24,000 bases of DNA, from contig NZ_NNCE01000001.1 of the NCBI RefSeq assembly GCF_002245785.1, positions 65,365-89,364 on the forward strand, given 5' to 3'. Positions 19,917 through 24,000 of the stretch are shown here, piece after piece (position 1 is the stretch's first letter; every line of letters begins with the position of its first letter). The translations under genes were made by a program, and so were the position numbers. The DNA comes from Mycoplasma testudineum. GTDB lineage: Bacteria > Bacillota_I > Bacilli_A > Mycoplasmatales > Metamycoplasmataceae. The notes under the pieces are model-generated. The model was not told where the DNA came from and ran no database searches. It saw only the letters and a list, made by a program, of their open reading frames with translations.

Positions 19917-19993
19917 GGGAGCGTAGCTCAGTTGGTTAGAGCACACGACTGATAATCGTGAGGTCGATGGTTCGAGTCCATTCGTTCCCACCA
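19917..19993 (+). tRNA. tRNA-Ile (anticodon GAU), CCA encoded
   Basis: Cloverleaf folded by hand: acceptor GGGAGCG/CGTTCCC, anticodon stem CACGA/TCGTG, loop CTGATAA, T-loop TTCGAGT. 77 nt. Confidence 0.9.
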
Positions 19994-20010
19994 TTTATTT
20001 ATTAATACCA

Positions 20011-20030
20011 AAAGCATTCGTGCTTTTTTT
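20011..20030 (+). terminator. rho-independent terminator after rplM-rpsI-tRNA-Ile
   Basis: AAAGCA (20011-20016) / TGCTTT (20021-20026) with loop TTCG, running into a T-run to 20030. Confidence 0.6.
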
Positions 20031-20070
20031 ATTTCCCTTACATTTACCACATAATGAGTAAAAAAATTTG

Positions 20071-20076
20071 TATAAT
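20071..20076 (+). promoter_or_regulatory. -10 box (TATAAT, preceded by TG) for the EIIB gene
   Basis: TTTGTATAAT at 20067-20076. AGGAG SD at 20084-20088 and ATG at 20098. Confidence 0.5.
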
Positions 20077-20097
20077 AATTTTCAGGAGAAAATAATT

Positions 20098-20424
20098 ATG
20101 AGAGATGATCAAAAATACAAAAAAACAGCTTTTGAAATTATTGAAATTATTGGTGGAGCAGACAATATTACCAATGCTTACCATTGTGCTTCAAGGTTAA
20201 GATTTGAAATAAAAGATCAAACAAAAGCACACAAAAGCACAATGGAATTTATTGATAACGTTAAAGACGTTTTTCAAAACGGTAGCGAACTTAACGTGGT
20301 TATTGGTTCAGACGTTAATTTATATTTTGACGAAATGATTAAATTACCGGGAATGGAAAAGTTTGCCAAAAAACCTAGTAAAAAGTTTTGCTTATTCAAA
20401 AAACTATTCAAAAAAGACAAGTAA
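20098..20424 (+). CDS. stand-alone PTS EIIB(Glc-type) domain protein with Lys-rich tail, 108 aa
   Basis: ADNITNAYHCASRLRFEIKD matches the EIIB phosphocysteine motif (N-[IL]-x5-C-x-[TS]-R-L-R). Start taken at ATG 20098 (SD) rather than the track's 20068. Confidence 0.75.
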   Translation: MRDDQKYKKTAFEIIEIIGGADNITNAYHCASRLRFEIKDQTKAHKSTMEFIDNVKDVFQNGSELNVVIGSDVNLYFDEMIKLPGMEKFAKKPSKKFCLFKKLFKKDK

Positions 20425-20606
20425 AACAGTTAATAAAAATACCTAAAATTTATTGTTAAAAATTACATTATTTTATATAATAAAAAGGCACTTATGAAGA
20501 GTGTAAAAATAATAATTATTTTAATCGATAGTTATTAAATATCTATATAATTACAATGCTTACAAAGACATTTTATATCACTTATTTATACAATTTGTAA
20601 GCACGT

Positions 20607-20683
20607 GGAGAAGTAGCTCAGCTTGGCAGAGCACTTGGTTTGGGACCAAGCGGTCGAAGGTTCAAATCCTTTCTTCTTCACCA
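20607..20683 (+). tRNA. tRNA-Pro (anticodon UGG), CCA encoded
   Basis: Acceptor GGAGAAG/CTTCTTC (one G-U), anticodon stem CTTGG/CCAAG, loop TTTGGGA, T-loop TTCAAAT. 77 nt. Confidence 0.9.
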
Positions 20684-20689
20684 TTTTAT

Positions 20690-20766
20690 GGGGGGGTAGC
20701 TCACCTGGCTAGAGCGCCTGCCTTGCACGCAGGAGGTAGAGGGTTCGACTCCCTTCCTCTCCACCA
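20690..20766 (+). tRNA. tRNA-Ala (anticodon UGC), CCA encoded
   Basis: Acceptor GGGGGGG/CCTCTCC including the G3:U70 identity pair, loop CTTGCAC. 77 nt. Confidence 0.9.
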
Positions 20767-20770
20767 TTAT

Positions 20771-20847
20771 GGCACTGTAGCTCAGCTGGTTAGAGCATCC
20801 GGTTCATACCCGGAAGGTCATGAGTTCGACTCTCATCGGTGCTACCA
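20771..20847 (+). tRNA. tRNA-Met elongator (anticodon CAU), CCA encoded
   Basis: Loop TTCATAC, anticodon stem TCCGG/CCGGA. Closely resembles Bacillus-type elongator tRNA-Met. 77 nt. Confidence 0.8.
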
Positions 20848-20870
20848 TTTGGAAAAATACTAGCAGTATT

Positions 20871-20946
20871 GGATCTATAACTCAATGGTTAGAGTAACCG
20901 GCTCATAACCGGTCTGTTGCAGGTTCGAGTCCTGCTAGATCCACCA
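20871..20946 (+). tRNA. tRNA-Ile2 (gene anticodon CAU, presumably lysidine-modified), CCA encoded
   Basis: Loop CTCATAA, stem ACCGG/CCGGT, fully paired acceptor GGATCTA/TAGATCC. Position and loop context match the Ile(CAU) member of the conserved Firmicute/Mollicute cluster. 76 nt. Confidence 0.7.
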
Positions 20947-20947
20947 A

Positions 20948-21040
20948 GGGCAATTACCCAAGTCTGGCTGAAGGGAGTAGTCTTGAAAACTACCAGGGGA
21001 TGAAAGTCCCGCGGGGGTTCGAATCCCTCATTGCCCGCCA
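20948..21040 (+). tRNA. tRNA-Ser (anticodon UGA), long variable arm, CCA encoded
   Basis: Acceptor GGGCAAT/ATTGCCC, loop CTTGAAA, long extra arm (GGGGATGAAAGTCCC). 93 nt. Confidence 0.9.
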
Positions 21041-21076
21041 TTTGATATTCATAAATATCACCAAAAAAAACAATAT

Positions 21077-21152
21077 CGCGGAGTAGAGCAGTTGGCAGCT
21101 CGTCGGGCTCATAATCCGAAGGTCATAGGTTCGAATCCTATCTCCGCAACCA
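21077..21152 (+). tRNA. initiator tRNA-fMet (anticodon CAU), CCA encoded
   Basis: C1 opposite A72 (unpaired first pair) in acceptor CGCGGAG/CTCCGCA. GGG at the bottom of the anticodon stem, loop CTCATAA. 76 nt. Confidence 0.85.
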
Positions 21153-21153
21153 T

Positions 21154-21230
21154 GGTCCAGTGGTAAAGTGGTTTAATACGCCTCCCTGTCACGGAGGAGA
21201 TCGCGGGTTCGATCCCCGTCTGGACCGCCA
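21154..21230 (+). tRNA. tRNA-Asp (anticodon GUC), CCA encoded
   Basis: Acceptor GGTCCAG/CTGGACC, loop CTGTCAC, discriminator G. Starts 1 nt after the previous CCA. 77 nt. Confidence 0.9.
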
Positions 21231-21233
21231 TTT

Positions 21234-21309
21234 GGCTCTGTAGCTCAGTAGGTAGAGCAACGGATTGAAGCTCCGTGTGTCGCTGGTTCGATTCCTGCCG
21301 GAGCCACCA
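21234..21309 (+). tRNA. tRNA-Phe (anticodon GAA), CCA encoded
   Basis: Acceptor GGCTCTG/CGGAGCC, anticodon stem ACGGA/TCCGT, loop TTGAAGC. 76 nt. Confidence 0.9.
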
Positions 21310-21324
21310 TATGACAATTGTCAC

Positions 21325-21349
21325 ATCCTCAAGTTATGAGGATTTTTTT
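21325..21349 (+). terminator. rho-independent terminator of the tRNA cluster
   Basis: ATCCTCA (21325-21331) / TGAGGAT (21337-21343) with a 5-nt loop, followed by a T-run. Confidence 0.7.
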
Positions 21350-21411
21350 ATTTTTTTTATGCGTTTTTTCGGATAAGGACTTTTTATTGCATTAATTAAT
21401 GAGGTACAAAA

Positions 21412-21693
21412 ATGAAAAAACTAAATACACTACTTGATTCAAATAACACAAAAATCGTTTGAGATATATTAGAAGGCTATAATGCATATATTCGTTCAAA
21501 GTCTATTCATCGATCGGTAAAAGAAAATTATTTTGAAGCCACACTAGCTAAATTAAGTGATTTACAAAGAATTATATTTTTAAAACACTTTTTTAATATT
21601 AAAATGCCAGCCGAACTTAATTTAGATTTGCTAACTTTTAAGCAAAATTTATATTTAACAACTAATAATTTCCTGGAGAACTTTTATGCTTAA
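21412..21693 (+). CDS. small hypothetical protein with possible sigma-70 region-4 / YlxM-like HTH, 93 aa
   Basis: TGAGGT SD then ATG 21412; one TGA=Trp (21460). The C-terminal half LSDLQRIIFLKHFFNIKMPAELNLDLLTFKQNLYLTTNNFLENF follows the L-x2-x-Q-R-x-hh-hL...helix-turn-helix spacing of region 4.2/YlxM proteins. Recognition is by eye only. Confidence 0.4.
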
Positions 21694-22219
21694 TAATTCA
21701 GAACCAATCCAAGTTTATGAGCACAAAATTAATATGGTAGCTCACTATAAAGTAAATACAAAAGTAACTCCAACTGAAAGACATGATGTTGAAATTAAAA
21801 GATATTTAAGAGATGATACTTTTAGTGTTAAAACAACTTTCTATTCTACTCGTAAAAGAAATATTGTTTTTGCTTTACAAATCAATAATAAAAATATTGC
21901 ACAAAGCAGCAATTTCTATCTTGAACCAGGTGATAATAAAACACATATATTCGATGCAATTCACATCAAACACAAATTAACCGAGGTTGACAATTTAAAA
22001 GTTGTAGTTATTGACTATTCTAATCAAAGATTATCTGATTTCTTATTTATTACAGATTTAAATATTTCTTTAAGTGATTATAAAAGACAATATTTGATAG
22101 ATAACAAAACGCTTTTGGTAAAGATTCCGCATATTATAAATATATCAAATTGAGCATCACAAATACATAAAGGAGTTCTACCTACAATTGAGACACAATA
22201 CTTAAATTTAGAGCTCTAA
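21686..22219 (+). CDS. hypothetical protein, 177 aa
   Basis: GGAG SD. The ATG overlaps the previous stop (ATGCTTAA). TGA 22151 read as Trp extends the track ORF to TAA 22217-22219. No family recognised; predicted to be beta-rich from composition. Confidence 0.55.
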
Positions 22220-22255
22220 AAGCCTAAATACGACCGTCTCAGACCAATTGAAAAT

Positions 22256-22786
22256 ATGTTGAATTACAGCGTTAAAAATATTAATAATACAGATGTTAGT
22301 CGAGATATAAATATTAAAAGTGGCAAAGTTACTTTTGCACAAGCAGAAGGCTTTGCTAAAATGAGAACCGGGGTGAATTTAGAAATAAATCACAAAGATG
22401 CTTCCGGTAATTTTTTTATAAATTCACAATCGATATATGATTTTGAAAAAGGTATTACAAAAATTGGTCTAGAATCAGGGAGTAAAAATGGACTCTTAAT
22501 CCCTTTTAATTTTAAAGGCAAATATATAATAAAATTCGAAGCAATGTTTAATGAGGCATTTAAGGATATTGAATTTGGCATTGTACAAAACTTTAAATCG
22601 AAATTATTAGATCCCAATGAAGGGACAATAAGACTAAAAATAAAAGAGACAAATCGAGATGATTCACTAAAATGAAAAAGAGGATATATCAGTTATAAAG
22701 ACTTTAACGAAATTATAGATAACGAAGTTACAATTGATTTTTTAAATTTGAAATACTATTACAGGGAACCTAATGTTCAAGATTAA
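22256..22786 (+). CDS. hypothetical protein, 176 aa
   Basis: Track ORF 22256..22675 extended through TGA 22673 to TAA 22784-22786. No SD precedes ATG 22256. It shares a frame with the preceding ORF. No family recognised. Confidence 0.5.
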
Positions 22787-23222
22787 AACAATTAAAGCAA
22801 AGCTTAAAAAACATAGATTATTTATTTCAATTTCATTTGCTGTCTTCGTAATAGTGGGAATAGGATTAGGACTATTTTTTACATTGAGTGGAAATGCATC
22901 CTCAAACACAAATCCGCAAACTCCAAAATCAACTGTAAATGAAAAGTATGCTCCATTACTAAGCAGTCAAGTATTTCATGAAATTGATGAAACTTATTTT
23001 TATTCTGCAATCAAAATACATGATGGATTTATAAAAATAGATCAAGACATAATTGCCAAAATAATTAAGGATCAGATTTCAAGAAACACACTAGGTTACG
23101 GAAATATAACGTATGAATATATTTTATTAACTGATACTAAAATTTTGCTTTCATTGATATGAAGCGATAGCAACAATAATTCACTAACAAAAACATTTGA
23201 AATAAGCGCAATAAGTCTATAA
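22773..23222 (+). CDS. membrane-anchored hypothetical protein (N-terminal signal-anchor), 149 aa
   Basis: The ATG overlaps the previous gene by 14 nt. Basic N-terminus plus the hydrophobic helix LFISISFAVFVIVGIGLGLFFTL. TGA 23160 read as Trp; TAA 23220-23222 followed by a second TAA. Confidence 0.55.
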
Positions 23223-23229
23223 TAAATTT

Positions 23230-23460
23230 ATGGAAATAAAAAAAGATATATATAAGGCTCTTAATCGCCTTGCCAACAAAAATGTTTCAGGCGAAGATTA
23301 TTTACTAGATATTGGAATTGATTCACTAGATTTATTGCAATCTGTTACTGAATTAGAAGAACACTTTGCAATAGAACTTTCTGAAGAAGAATTAGTTAGA
23401 ATTTTAACTGTTGATAATTTAGTTGACACAATCACTACAAAAGTGAAAGAAAAAGAATAG
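23230..23460 (+). CDS. acpP: acyl carrier protein, 76 aa
   Basis: LLDIGIDSLDLLQSVTELEEHFAIELSEEEL contains the DSL phosphopantetheine-attachment motif, and the size and acidity are typical of ACP. Confidence 0.8.
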   Translation: MEIKKDIYKALNRLANKNVSGEDYLLDIGIDSLDLLQSVTELEEHFAIELSEEELVRILTVDNLVDTITTKVKEKE

Positions 23461-23546
23461 CATTAAAACTATTCTATGGGACCAATATTTTTCATAAAAA
23501 AATGGGGAATTTGGTCATTTTTATATATAATTTTTTTAATTGACGT

Positions 23547-23621
23547 AGGAGTATAGTTCAATGGTAGAACAACGGGCTTCAACCCCGTGTGTTATGGGTT
23601 CGAGTCCTGTTACTCCTGCCA
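23547..23621 (+). tRNA. tRNA-Trp (anticodon UCA, reads UGA and UGG), CCA encoded
   Basis: Acceptor AGGAGTA/TACTCCT is perfect. Anticodon stem ACGGG/CCCGT, loop CTTCAAC, discriminator G. 75 nt. TATAAT at 23525-23530 lies upstream. Confidence 0.9.
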
Positions 23622-23635
23622 TTTTTTTATTACTT

Positions 23636-24000
23636 TTAGTTTATTAAAGCTTTTAATTTATTTATAACTTCTGGTCGGTAATTTAAATTTGCGTAAGCTA
23701 ATGCTTTTTCGCCTGTGTGAATTGCAATAACTGAAGGTATATAACTTACTAGTACTTCATTTTGACAATGTTCTTCTAAATTCTTGCTAAAAGCATTAAC
23801 ATCTGGATTTTTTGCATGAAGAATTATTGGATTGAAATATTCGGAGTGATTTTTTCGTTTTGAAATTCTTTTAGCTACCTTATCACAAATTTTTTCAAAT
23901 ACCATTCCTTTTGAGTCTTTTAAAAGTTGTCCATGTTCAAATTTTATAACGGGCACAATTTTTAAAACTTTAGCTAGAGCAGCTGCTTTTGGACTAAGTC
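23636..24000 (-). CDS. DegV-family (fatty-acid-binding) protein, C-terminal part; 5' end outside window
   Basis: The frame is open to the window edge (…LSPKAAALAKVLKIVPVIKFEHGQL…SVIAIHTGEKALAYA), typical of a DegV C-terminus. TAA at 23636-23638. The track's Met is an internal GTG. Confidence 0.7.
   Translation of the reverse strand, partial: LSPKAAALAKVLKIVPVIKFEHGQLLKDSKGMVFEKICDKVAKRISKRKNHSEYFNPIILHAKNPDVNAFSKNLEEHCQNEVLVSYIPSVIAIHTGEKALAYANLNYRPEVINKLKALIN

Noticed and set aside
21109-21324. Minus-strand ORF of 71 aa across the tRNA cluster
   Set aside because: It overlaps four well-folded tRNA genes (fMet, Asp, Phe and their spacers). It stays open only because tRNA genes are GC-rich and stop-poor.
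23480-23520. Terminator after the ACP gene (GACCAA 23480-23485 / TTGGTC 23511-23516)
   Set aside because: Only a 6-bp stem with a 25-nt loop, too weak to call an intrinsic terminator. ACP may read through toward tRNA-Trp or terminate by other means.
21310-23546. Genomic island bounded by tRNA genes with att-site duplication
   Set aside because: I looked for a repeat of the tRNA-Phe 3' end or of the tRNA-Trp sequence at the opposite boundary, and for an integrase or recombinase ORF, and found neither. The tRNA-flanked position is kept only as context in the operon finding.
1-24000. CRISPR arrays, IS elements, rRNA genes, large tandem or dispersed repeats
   Set aside because: Reading both strands showed no regularly spaced direct repeats, no transposase-like ORFs or terminal inverted repeats, and no rRNA-like conserved stretches.

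Overview
AT-rich Mollicutes (Mycoplasma sensu lato) chromosomal segment that has to be read with genetic code 4. By hand count about 40 in-frame TGA codons sit inside otherwise uninterrupted, recognisable genes (deoA, deoD, nfo, two ABC exporters, ftsZ, mraZ, rplM and others), and a tRNA-Trp with anticodon UCA lies at 23547-23621. The supplied ORF track uses the standard code and fragments most genes, so I merged fragments after checking each joined frame codon by codon. Gene order: Zn-ribbon ORF (5' partial), DUF2130-like coiled-coil/nuclease-fold protein, then convergent deoD-deoA. Next come two unknown genes (membrane-anchored plus 309 aa), a LacI-family regulator coupled to nfo, and a heterodimeric ABC exporter pair. 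A self-contained nuclease cassette follows (YqaJ/lambda-Exo-like ORF plus a DUF2779 protein split by a single TAA). Then, on the minus strand, the minimal dcw cluster mraZ-rsmH-ftsA-like-ftsZ. Downstream are two overlapping membrane-protein genes, rplM-rpsI-tRNA-Ile(GAU), an orphan PTS EIIB domain gene and an 8-tRNA cluster (Pro-Ala-Met-Ile2-Ser-fMet-Asp-Phe). The window ends with an uncharacterised five-gene operon finishing in an acyl carrier protein, tRNA-Trp(UCA) and a DegV-family gene (partial). I saw no rRNA, CRISPR array, IS element or integrase. The best candidate for an undescribed system is the central cassette at 11074-13816. It carries three nuclease-type domains that are translationally coupled and has its own promoter and terminator. 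Its internal junction reads TAA stop, then SD, then an out-of-frame ATG, then an A_AAA_AAA slippery/homopolymer tract, which suggests recoding, phase variation or recent gene decay. All family assignments rest on motif recognition by eye; no database search was possible.
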